Source: a virus (taxonomy: Duplodnaviria > Caudoviricetes). Taken from it: 26,063 bases of DNA. This document shows, in pieces, positions 7,232-14,638 of the stretch (position 1 is the stretch's first letter; each line of letters starts with the position of its first letter). The notes beneath the pieces are model-generated. The model made no database searches and had not been told where the DNA came from. It saw only the letters and a program-made list of their open reading frames with translations. The DNA lies in IMG/VR virus record IMGVR_UViG_3300012346_000249, positions 1 through 26,063 of that record. The stretch is one strand, 5' to 3'. The position numbers and the translations under genes are program-made.

Positions 7232-7352
7232 TGTACCTAACTTAAAGTTAGCAATGTATGAGGACATGGATACGGTGCTAATGAATTTATCAATTGACTT
7301 AGACCACGAGATGTCTGAGGAAGAAATACTAATGGAAATTAAAGACTTATGA
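7194..7352 (+). CDS. Hypothetical protein (52 aa, MKVIKAVKERYINVPNL...)
   Basis: Hand-translated; ATGA overlap with the next gene. Confidence 0.65.
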   Translation: MKVIKAVKERYINVPNLKLAMYEDMDTVLMNLSIDLDHEMSEEEILMEIKDL

Positions 7353-7621
7353 AAAAGTACGCAAGAAGATGTGACGTTACAGGCAAAGGCATGAACGAAG
7401 GATGGTGTTGGGGAGACGGCGCGTTCTACACAAAAACAAAGAAAGATACAGTAGCTGAACTAAGAAAATATAATCCAAGTAAGTCAGACCTATATGACAA
7501 CTACCTAATAGAATGGGCGGTAGAAGAAGAGGAGATGTTGTATTGGACTCAATGGTACACAGAAGATATTGACGAGCAGGGATACTACTACACAGAAGAC
7601 GGAGAGGAGATTGAGATATGA
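7349..7621 (+). CDS. Hypothetical acidic phage protein (RRCDVTGKGMNEGW motif)
   Basis: ORF track; coupled at both ends. Confidence 0.85.
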   Translation: MKKYARRCDVTGKGMNEGWCWGDGAFYTKTKKDTVAELRKYNPSKSDLYDNYLIEWAVEEEEMLYWTQWYTEDIDEQGYYYTEDGEEIEI

Positions 7622-7833
7622 AATCACGTCACTTTATATTCAGCGATGATGCTGATCTATTCAATGAATTAGAATTCGATTGGTTCGTTAGGTCATGTAA
7701 GTTTAAGTTATATGTTCACCATCATGGTTCTTCTATTGATGATTTTATGGATAACTTAGCTGGTACTTTTTACAACGAAATAACAAAGCAAGATTATGAA
7801 CGTTTACAAAGTTGGAGTCAAAGCGAGACATGA
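7618..7833 (+). CDS. Hypothetical protein (71 aa)
   Basis: ORF track. Confidence 0.7.
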   Translation: MKSRHFIFSDDADLFNELEFDWFVRSCKFKLYVHHHGSSIDDFMDNLAGTFYNEITKQDYERLQSWSQSET

Positions 7834-7999
7834 GTTCTGGGTGCTTGAGATAGAAGCATTCAACGTCAGAGAACTTCTTATAGAGTTAGATGACTACATG
7901 GTAGACATGTGCATCAAACGTTACGAGGTAACGAAAATAATAAAGTTAAATGGTCCTGCGTACACTACATGGGTGTACGAGGACGTAATTCTAAATTAA
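7796..7999 (+). CDS. Hypothetical protein (67 aa)
   Basis: ORF track. Confidence 0.7.
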   Translation: MNVYKVGVKARHEFWVLEIEAFNVRELLIELDDYMVDMCIKRYEVTKIIKLNGPAYTTWVYEDVILN

Positions 8000-8000
8000 T

Positions 8001-8321
8001 ATGAAAACAATTACAGAGTGGCTATCGCAATTAGAAGAGCCGTACAGAACAAACGCACTACGATTAGGTAGTAGCGAACTACACGTAAAGAAACTTTCAT
8101 ACGCTTTACGTTCATTCAGTTGGTCAGACGACGAGGAAGTATGGAACGATTTGTACCTCAAGGTACTTGACGAAGAGAACAAAGAGTTTCACGTAACGTG
8201 GATGACAAGCAGTACCGAGAGTACGGGAGTTAATGTAAAGGGAACGGATATGATGGACGCGCTTGAGCGATTCTACGTAGCGTATCCTGGTGTTGAACCA
8301 ATATATATTTTATCTAAATGA
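8001..8321 (+). CDS. Hypothetical protein (106 aa)
   Basis: ORF track. Confidence 0.8.
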   Translation: MKTITEWLSQLEEPYRTNALRLGSSELHVKKLSYALRSFSWSDDEEVWNDLYLKVLDEENKEFHVTWMTSSTESTGVNVKGTDMMDALERFYVAYPGVEPIYILSK

Positions 8322-8461
8322 CAGAATGCGAAACATGTGAGGGTACGGGATGTATCGAAAGATTAAGCTGTACCAATTGGAGCAACGAATGCTGTGGCGG
8401 ATGTTACGATGAGATTATGTGTGAAGAATGTAATGGAACTGGATATGAAGAAGAAGAATGA
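8318..8461 (+). CDS. DnaJ-type zinc-finger microprotein (47 aa)
   Basis: Hand-translated MTECETCEGTG...CCGGC...CEECNGTGYEEEE; two CxxCxGxG motifs. Confidence 0.8.
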   Translation: MTECETCEGTGCIERLSCTNWSNECCGGCYDEIMCEECNGTGYEEEE

Positions 8462-8609
8462 AACACGTTTCATGTTAGTGCTAATGGTATTTGTTGTACT
8501 ATTTCATGTACTAACACCAAAGAAACAAAAGAAACAATTGAGAACACTAACAGAGGAAAAGCAATCGGTTAGTGGAATTTACGAACCATTTAATTATGAA
8601 ATAAAATGA
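8445..8609 (+). CDS. Single-TM small protein (54 aa)
   Basis: Start moved to ATG 8445; hydrophobic segment FMLVLMVFVVLFHVL. Confidence 0.65.
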   Translation: MKKKNETRFMLVLMVFVVLFHVLTPKKQKKQLRTLTEEKQSVSGIYEPFNYEIK

Positions 8610-8854
8610 AACAAACAGCAGTAGAATGGTTATCACGGCAAATCAGTGAAATTATAGATACAACACCATTAAGTCAAAAGCAAGAAGAAAAACTTATAAA
8701 TACTATTAACAAAGCCTTAGAAATGGAACAAGAGCAGTCAATTGATTTTGCTTGTGAAGTTTATAATTCACATTATTATAGAGATACTAGATCTTTTAAA
8801 CAAGTATCAGAAGAACACTACATTCAAACATATAAAATACAACAAAATGGGTAG
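8606..8854 (+). CDS. MKQTA-family small protein
   Basis: MKQTAVEWL...ALEMEQEQ...EEHYIQTYK. Confidence 0.85.
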   Translation: MKQTAVEWLSRQISEIIDTTPLSQKQEEKLINTINKALEMEQEQSIDFACEVYNSHYYRDTRSFKQVSEEHYIQTYKIQQNG

Positions 8855-9071
8855 AGTTATTTTAACATATAAAAGTGGTAAAACTGAAAGTTTAAAATGC
8901 AAATCTAAAGAAAGAGCAGAGGAGATTGCTAAAAAAAGACCTAATGTAATAAAATGGAATTTTTATGCAGACAATGAAAGAGTACCACAAAAAAAACGTG
9001 AAGTATTACCAATGCCACAATCATTTGAAGAACTTGATCAAATGATAAGACAAAAAGGTACATTTTATTAA
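8847..9071 (+). CDS. Hypothetical basic protein (74 aa)
   Basis: Start moved to ATG 8847 (MGRVILTYKSGK...). Confidence 0.8.
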   Translation: MGRVILTYKSGKTESLKCKSKERAEEIAKKRPNVIKWNFYADNERVPQKKREVLPMPQSFEELDQMIRQKGTFY

Positions 9072-9090
9072 CTATCAAACAACAAATAAC

Positions 9091-9342
9091 ATGATAAAAG
9101 CAAAACGCACACCGCAATTCAACGCATCGTTGAAAATAAACATGCTGATGAAGGGTTACAATGCTGACCAGTTCTACAGAAAGTTTAACCTTAACAAGTC
9201 TCAGTCAGATCAAATACTGTTTAGGTCTCGATTGATTGACGTAGTGTCAGTAGATGGTCTACTTGACTTAATTGGATTAGAAATTAAAATTAATAAGTAT
9301 GAGTTGGAAATCGTGGATATACAACAGGGGGATAAGTCTTAA
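9091..9342 (+). CDS. Hypothetical protein, possibly HTH-like
   Basis: ORF track; the HTH resemblance is weak. Confidence 0.7.
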   Translation: MIKAKRTPQFNASLKINMLMKGYNADQFYRKFNLNKSQSDQILFRSRLIDVVSVDGLLDLIGLEIKINKYELEIVDIQQGDKS

Positions 9343-9892
9343 TGAATTTGCTGACGTAATCAACGAACGTTACCCCAAACCAAGCATACATTATCACGGT
9401 GCATATAGAAGCTACGCTGTGTATCACTGTGTTAAGCTTGGCTTCAACATACGTGACATAGCAAAGGCGTTTGGTATTAGAGAGAGCGCAGTATCAACAC
9501 TGACTCGAAAGGTTGTATCTGACAAGATGAAACGCTACAAAGCTGTAGCTGAGTCAATGAGAGAATACCTAAACATGAACCTCAATACACCAATGGAATG
9601 TAAGACAGCGTTAGAGGAAATTATCGCGCCTTATATTACTCAATCAAGGTATCGAGAGTCAACACTGAAACGTCAGATTATCATGCACTATCTCAGAAAC
9701 GAACATCAAATGACCCTCAGAGAGATAGCTGAACTGTTCAATCGCAACCATGCGACGGTCATTCATGCAGAGAAACTAATCAGTAACATGCTGTCAATTA
9801 AGGACAAATTGGTACTAAAATATGTTGATGAGCTACGATTAGTGTTGGAAAATGTTGAGAAAAATCTAACACAACATTGCGTAACTGACTAA
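9299..9892 (+). CDS. Protein with a DnaA domain-IV-like HTH (tandem copies)
   Basis: RQIIMHYLR...MTLREIAELFNRNHATVIHA matches the DnaA C-terminal signature (RQxxMYL..IG..F..RDHTTVxHA). N-terminal RSYAVYHC..FNIRDIAKAFGIRESAV looks like a second copy. Confidence 0.75.
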   Translation: MSWKSWIYNRGISLNEFADVINERYPKPSIHYHGAYRSYAVYHCVKLGFNIRDIAKAFGIRESAVSTLTRKVVSDKMKRYKAVAESMREYLNMNLNTPMECKTALEEIIAPYITQSRYRESTLKRQIIMHYLRNEHQMTLREIAELFNRNHATVIHAEKLISNMLSIKDKLVLKYVDELRLVLENVEKNLTQHCVTD

Positions 9893-10110
9893 TTATCAGT
9901 ATATTTATATACTAAAATGTTACAATGTTAAGAAATATTATAAATACTCTCTCATAGAAAAAGTAAGTATAGTATAATTACATATAGTTATATAGAGTAA
10001 CTTTTTTCAACATCTCAGCATTATTTAGTATGAATATCAGTATTATCAATACCTACAGCGATGTTGGTATTAAATAAACTTAACATGAAGCAACATTTTA
10101 ACAATGCAGC
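9841..10110. other. Origin-like element B, an inverted degenerate counterpart of element A
   Basis: TAAAATGTTACAATGTTAAG (9913-9932) is the reverse complement of 2544-2563; ATATAGTTATATA (9982-9994) of 2481-2493; TCAGCATT (10015-10022) of 2461-2468. Confidence 0.6.
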
Positions 10111-10198
10111 TGGATTAGTCCTTGCTGCGGTTGGACTACTAGCCGTCGGGTTAGGACCAACACTTTTTATTTATTTACTTAAAACTTTATTAACATGA
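10085..10198 (+). CDS. Membrane microprotein (37 aa)
   Basis: Hand-translated MKQHFNNAAGLVLAAVGLLAVGLGPTLFIYLLKTLLT; ATGA overlap. Confidence 0.6.
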   Translation: MKQHFNNAAGLVLAAVGLLAVGLGPTLFIYLLKTLLT

Positions 10199-10377
10199 TT
10201 TACATTTATTTTTTAACAAGTTTTGCATTCACATTTTTTTCGTTTGATGGATTCAAAAGACTTGATCTCTGGTGGCAAAAAGTAATGGCACTTATTTTCT
10301 ATGCATTCACCTGCATGCTGTGGTTTCCAATATGCATGGGTGCACTTTTACACGTAGTATATGAGAAACATACTTGA
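10195..10377 (+). CDS. Small membrane protein (60 aa)
   Basis: ORF track; two hydrophobic segments. Confidence 0.7.
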   Translation: MIYIYFLTSFAFTFFSFDGFKRLDLWWQKVMALIFYAFTCMLWFPICMGALLHVVYEKHT

Positions 10378-10462
10378 TAAAACATTCGGTGTACTACTCG
10401 CGATATTAATGTCGCTACTGTACATGTTCGGTCCGTATTTGGTCCTTAGTTACGTACTGTAA
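10361..10462 (+). CDS. Membrane microprotein (33 aa)
   Basis: Hand-translated MRNILDKTFGVLLAILMSLLYMFGPYLVLSYVL; TAATG overlap. Confidence 0.6.
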   Translation: MRNILDKTFGVLLAILMSLLYMFGPYLVLSYVL

Positions 10463-10644
10463 TGTTAAGGTTCACCATCATCTGGGTCTCGCAGAACTTA
10501 TCGATTCCGTTTTGGGTTGTCGGTCACGTTCACTTAAGTCTAAACATTTACGCTGACTTACATGAGGTGATCGCATCTATGGGAATGAACATAATAGTTG
10601 CTACGGGTTTTTACTTAGATTATAAAGAAAGCAAAAAGAAATAG
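10462..10644 (+). CDS. Small membrane protein (WVSQNLSIPFWVVGHVHL motif)
   Basis: ORF track; hydrophobic with a basic tail. Confidence 0.8.
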   Translation: MLRFTIIWVSQNLSIPFWVVGHVHLSLNIYADLHEVIASMGMNIIVATGFYLDYKESKKK

Positions 10645-10678
10645 TATTATTTTAAATTACATTAAATATTTTTACAGC

Positions 10679-11374
10679 ATGATACAAGCAATTAACATAG
10701 AGCACGGCAAACTTAAAGAACTGCTCTTTAAACTAAAAGAACTTGGCTACAAGTGGAACAACGGTAGTGATATCGACTTAGATACCTTACCAGAGAAAAA
10801 TCGTCCAATAATGTGCATCAGAATTAACATAGAAGAAAGATTAGCAAGCTGGAGTACTACAAAATCTCATTCAGAGTTTAATGAGTTAGACTTCATTACG
10901 CAATTTAACATGTCGAATTGCGATGAAATAATTTACAAAATCAACGTGCCTGACTTTAAGTTTGCTGTTCTGCATAAACTTGCAATGATGGGTTATACTT
11001 GGCTAGACGGAACTGAAATTAAACCAACTGATTGGCAGGATAAAAAAATCGAGTCAATCGTCGCTTGGGGCAACAAAACAATCACTTACTCACAGCATTT
11101 GATTTATGGAGATGAAGACGCAATTTCTGACGATGAATTTATATCCATGTCTGATACATCATCTGGAGAATACAACTTCGTTGAACCCGATCACTACAAG
11201 AAAGGTGACAAGGAAGTATGGGAGATTATGATTGACATCTACGGAGAAGAGAAGTTCAATAACTTTTGTTTGATGAACGCATTCAAATATATAACAAGAG
11301 CTGGTAACAAACCAGGGGATGACTTCAAGCAAGACATCAGTAAAGCAGTATGGTATCTAAATAAATTAATATGA
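10679..11374 (+). CDS. DUF3310 (T7 gp1.7/SaV-like) domain protein with a duplicated N-terminal module
   Basis: C-terminal VEPDHY...FCLMNAFKYITRAGNK...DISKAVWYL; N-terminal repeats KLKELGYKWNNG and KLAMMGYTWLDG. Confidence 0.85.
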   Translation: MIQAINIEHGKLKELLFKLKELGYKWNNGSDIDLDTLPEKNRPIMCIRINIEERLASWSTTKSHSEFNELDFITQFNMSNCDEIIYKINVPDFKFAVLHKLAMMGYTWLDGTEIKPTDWQDKKIESIVAWGNKTITYSQHLIYGDEDAISDDEFISMSDTSSGEYNFVEPDHYKKGDKEVWEIMIDIYGEEKFNNFCLMNAFKYITRAGNKPGDDFKQDISKAVWYLNKLI

Positions 11375-11757
11375 AATCAGATTTAAGTAAGGTAAAAGTA
11401 GGGGACAAAATTTGGACTATTCAAAGTGGATTGGTAGAAGTTGTCAAAATTAAAGACGGAGAAACGTACCCAATTAGGACTGCAACAAGCACATATATGT
11501 TAGATGGGAGACATTACAAAGAAAACAAATACCCATCAGCATTTTTAGAATATCCATTCAAAGAACAAGAAATCGAAAAAATCGAAAAAGATACTCTTGT
11601 TTGGTTTAGGGACAGGCTAAATGACTTTTGGAAATATGGATATTATTCACACTTTGAAAATGGCAAGCATTATATTTTTAATGACTCAAAAAAATCAACT
11701 GAAACAAGTACTATTCAAGCTTGGTATATAGTAACAACAGAAAATCCTTTAATATGA
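11371..11757 (+). CDS. Hypothetical protein (128 aa), AT-rich codon usage
   Basis: ORF track; flanked by TTAATATGAA at both junctions. Confidence 0.85.
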   Translation: MKSDLSKVKVGDKIWTIQSGLVEVVKIKDGETYPIRTATSTYMLDGRHYKENKYPSAFLEYPFKEQEIEKIEKDTLVWFRDRLNDFWKYGYYSHFENGKHYIFNDSKKSTETSTIQAWYIVTTENPLI

Positions 11758-12230
11758 ATCATTGGAGAGAATTAATGCCATCACCGTACTTAGGTGCATG
11801 GGACGTACCAACTGGCGGTAGCTTGATTGGTAAAATCAAATCAGTTAGCAAGAAGAAAATTTCTGAGCTACAAGGTGTTGAGAAAATTGTAATTGAGTTT
11901 AGTGACTTACCTAAACCTCTCATGGCTAACTCAACTAACATGAAGGCAATTGCAAGTGCAGTTGGTACACCTGACTTCACTAAGTGGGCAGGTAAGGAAA
12001 TCGAGTTGATAACAGCTAAGGTACGTTCGGTACAGGACGGCGATATGGTTGACGCAATCAGAGTTAAGCGCGATAAACCTGCACCACGTAAGACACCAAT
12101 CAGCGATAAGGACTTCCCTAAAGCGATCAAGGCTGTACAAGACGGGACGTGGACTAAGGAACAGATACTTAGCACTAGAATATTAACTGACGAACAAATC
12201 AAACAATTAGATGAAATCCAGAGCAAGTAG
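11754..12230 (+). CDS. Putative ssDNA-binding/annealing protein (158 aa)
   Basis: Start moved to ATG 11754. HW..SPYLGAWD...KPLMANSTN...W.G..I.L...DAIRV pattern; directly upstream of the exonuclease. Function inferred from context. Confidence 0.6.
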   Translation: MNHWRELMPSPYLGAWDVPTGGSLIGKIKSVSKKKISELQGVEKIVIEFSDLPKPLMANSTNMKAIASAVGTPDFTKWAGKEIELITAKVRSVQDGDMVDAIRVKRDKPAPRKTPISDKDFPKAIKAVQDGTWTKEQILSTRILTDEQIKQLDEIQSK

Positions 12231-12936
12231 TGCGTACTCAATCATGGCTGGTAGTCATGGATTGACTGAGGCTCAACAGCGTACGTTGAATGATCTGATG
12301 ATGAAGATTAAGTTGACCGATAAGCAAGCAGAGACTAGAGATGAGTTGATTAAGAAACGCGACGCACCTATCGAGCTTACTCCTGGTGCTAAGTCTTTCA
12401 TCGAGGAGTCGGTTGATGCTGAGATATGGCAATATACTTCGTCGTTTAGTAGCTATAGAACTCAGAAAGGAACTATATGCGAAGATGAGTCAATAGGTAT
12501 TGTTAATTCACTTTGGTTTACTAACTTTGTAAAGTCTGACGAAGAGTTAAGTACAGAGTTTTGGACGGGTCACCCAGATATAGTTGACTACGATAATGAA
12601 ATGATTATCGATATCAAGACAGCTACAGACAAGAAGAGTTTCATTAAGCACTACAAGGACCCAAAGAATGCTCAGTACGAGTGGCAAGTGAAATGCTACC
12701 TCTATATGAAAGGCTGGACTAAAGGTAAAGTTGTGTATGTATTGGTAGATACTCCAGAAGAATTGATACCAGCATACGAAGACTTATCGTTGCACGAATG
12801 TGGTGACTTACCGTTGGAGCTACGTGTTGCGTCGTTTGATGTAGAATTAACAGAAGAAGATATAAAAATGTTTGACGCTAAAGGTAAGCTTGCGTCAGAA
12901 TACTATTACGAATATAAATCAAAGTTCAATGTTTAA
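12211..12936 (+). CDS. PD-(D/E)xK exonuclease, YqaJ/lambda-Exo-like
   Basis: KG..CE, TGHPD...IIDIKT, YEWQVKCYL motifs. Confidence 0.85.
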   Translation: MKSRASSAYSIMAGSHGLTEAQQRTLNDLMMKIKLTDKQAETRDELIKKRDAPIELTPGAKSFIEESVDAEIWQYTSSFSSYRTQKGTICEDESIGIVNSLWFTNFVKSDEELSTEFWTGHPDIVDYDNEMIIDIKTATDKKSFIKHYKDPKNAQYEWQVKCYLYMKGWTKGKVVYVLVDTPEELIPAYEDLSLHECGDLPLELRVASFDVELTEEDIKMFDAKGKLASEYYYEYKSKFNV

Positions 12937-13234
12937 AGTTCAAGGAACCCTTAAAGTTAAGGGAGACACTGTACAAGTGTCAGATAAATTCTCAAAGAGA
13001 GAGTTTGTATTGTCAATTCAAGATGGTAACTACGAGCAACTTGTCTCGTTCCAGTTATCACAAAAAAACGTTACGTTACTTGACGGAGTTAAAGAAGGTG
13101 ATGAGTGCGAGATTTCTTTCGGCTTGAAAGGGCGCGAGTGGGTTAGTCCAAAGGACGGTGAAGTTAAGTACTTCAACACGCTTGACGCATTCAGAGTTGA
13201 AGCAACTGTACCTGCTGGTGAGCCTCCATTCTAA
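12929..13234 (+). CDS. DUF3127 family protein (SSB-like OB fold)
   Basis: Start moved to ATG 12929. FSKREFVL...FQLSQ...LKGREW...YFNTL pattern and a PF C-terminus. Confidence 0.9.
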   Translation: MFKVQGTLKVKGDTVQVSDKFSKREFVLSIQDGNYEQLVSFQLSQKNVTLLDGVKEGDECEISFGLKGREWVSPKDGEVKYFNTLDAFRVEATVPAGEPPF

Positions 13235-13241
13235 GGGTAAA

Positions 13242-13460
13242 GTGGGGAGAGATAATCTCCCCTTTTTATTCGGTCGCGCGCTATATACCAAAGAAGGTTG
13301 GATAGTATTGAGCGACAATGTTAAGTACACGGTAGCGAACTTTGATGAGCTAAACGTATTAGATAATCACGACACAGACGTACTATTCATTGAGTCATTT
13401 GACGCTCACTACTTGCTCCCATTTGGATCGAGTGATAGAGTTTGTTTGGTTAAAACATAA
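13242..13460 (+). CDS. Hypothetical protein, start uncertain (GTG 13242 or a later TTG)
   Basis: Part of track ORF 13158..13460 lying after the DUF3127 stop; no in-frame ATG. Confidence 0.5.
   Translation: MGRDNLPFLFGRALYTKEGWIVLSDNVKYTVANFDELNVLDNHDTDVLFIESFDAHYLLPFGSSDRVCLVKT
13244..13267 (+). terminator. Intrinsic terminator
   Basis: GGGGAGA-gataa-TCTCCCC followed by TTTTT, 9 nt after the DUF3127 stop. Confidence 0.65.
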
Positions 13461-13493
13461 GACTATAACAATTGAACAACAGAAAAGTATAAT

Positions 13494-13646
13494 AATTAAA
13501 TCAGAATAAGATGTCACAAACAGAATGGACTAAACGAGAATGTGAATTTTGTAATGGAAAAGGTTATATCAACACTACCAAGTATTGTGAAATTTGTCAT
13601 GGACATGGAGTTATTTTTACATTAACAATTAAATCAGAATAAGATG
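13494..13646 (+). repeat. 20-bp direct repeat AATTAAATCAGAATAAGATG (13494-13513 and 13627-13646)
   Basis: Exact match read from the sequence; brackets one ORF. Confidence 0.9.
13511..13642 (+). CDS. DnaJ-type zinc-finger microprotein (43 aa)
   Basis: Hand-translated MSQTEWTKRECEFCNGKG...CEICHGHG...TIKSE. Confidence 0.8.
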   Translation: MSQTEWTKRECEFCNGKGYINTTKYCEICHGHGVIFTLTIKSE

Positions 13647-13898
13647 AAACAAACAGCATTAGAATACTTAGAGGAAAACCTAATTGCAATACCTTACAGT
13701 GAGCAAGATTTTGAATACAATAATAATTGTTGGAACAAAGCTAAAGAAATGGGAAACGAACAGAAGAAACAATATCAATTATCTATAAAGTGTCTTATTG
13801 ATTTTGTCGATGCAGTTGATTCTGAAAAAGTAATACTTGCAGAAGAATATGAAAATGCAAAAAGGGTAATTAATCAATTTAAAAAAATAATAAAATGA
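13644..13898 (+). CDS. MKQTA-family small protein
   Basis: MKQTALEYL...KAKEMGNEQ, then an unrelated C-terminus. Confidence 0.85.
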   Translation: MKQTALEYLEENLIAIPYSEQDFEYNNNCWNKAKEMGNEQKKQYQLSIKCLIDFVDAVDSEKVILAEEYENAKRVINQFKKIIK

Positions 13899-14098
13899 AA
13901 CAAAACAAAATTGAAAAAGCAACAGTAATTTTCAAAAATGAAAATGAAGAAAAATCAATAATTGTCAACATAACGTATGATGAAAAAGCTGAAAATATTG
14001 GTGTTCAATTAAAAGCTGAACCAAAAGAAAAAATTTCAGATGTATTTGAAAGATTAAGTGCTATTTTAATAGACGAACTTGGCGAAATTGAACAATAA
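13895..14098 (+). CDS. Hypothetical protein (67 aa)
   Basis: ORF track. Confidence 0.8.
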   Translation: MKQNKIEKATVIFKNENEEKSIIVNITYDEKAENIGVQLKAEPKEKISDVFERLSAILIDELGEIEQ

Positions 14099-14122
14099 AT
14101 TAATAACCTTACACTCAGAACA

Positions 14123-14356
14123 ATGAAGACAGCAGATTTTGTAAACAAACAAAAAGAAAAGTACGGAGACTTTGGAATATTCTATCCACCATCAACGGAT
14201 AAAGAAGCTTTAGATGCCTTAACAGAACATTTCTTAGGAAAGGATTGGTATACTGCTAACCCTGTTAGTTCAGAGCAAGTTAACACAGAAATTGTAGCTC
14301 TTATACTTGATAAGACTCAACCAAAGAAATGGTATCAAAGATTATTTAATCTTTAA
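14123..14356 (+). CDS. Hypothetical protein (77 aa)
   Basis: ORF track; flanked by AGAACAATGAA repeats. Confidence 0.85.
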   Translation: MKTADFVNKQKEKYGDFGIFYPPSTDKEALDALTEHFLGKDWYTANPVSSEQVNTEIVALILDKTQPKKWYQRLFNL

Positions 14357-14368
14357 ACAACAAGAACA

Positions 14369-14638
14369 ATGAAACAAACAGCAATGCAAGAACTAAGAAA
14401 TGACTTAGTTGAAGCAAAAGAAAAAAGTATTACTGTTCTTAATGACATGAGTAATGAAATTATTAGAAATTATTGTCAAGAAGCGGTTAAATTAACAATA
14501 GAATCAATTATTAAAAGAATTGATGATGAACTTTTAGAAATGGAAAAGCAACAAATTATTGAAGCTTATGAAACAGGTGATAAATATAAATTGGAAGTTC
14601 CAGGCGAACAATACTACAACGAAACATTTAAACAATGA
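14369..14638 (+). CDS. MKQTA-family small protein
   Basis: MKQTAMQEL...LEMEKQQIIEAY...EQYYNETFKQ. Confidence 0.85.
   Translation: MKQTAMQELRNDLVEAKEKSITVLNDMSNEIIRNYCQEAVKLTIESIIKRIDDELLEMEKQQIIEAYETGDKYKLEVPGEQYYNETFKQ

Noticed and set aside
2544-9932. Invertible segment bounded by the inverted 20-bp match
   Set aside because: No recombinase in the window, and the similarity is patchy over about 150 bp in an internally symmetric element, which fits protein-binding arrays better than crossover sites. Not formally excluded.
8606-14638. Diversity-generating retroelement behind the MKQTA paralogs
   Set aside because: No reverse transcriptase and no near-identical TR/VR pair differing only at adenines.
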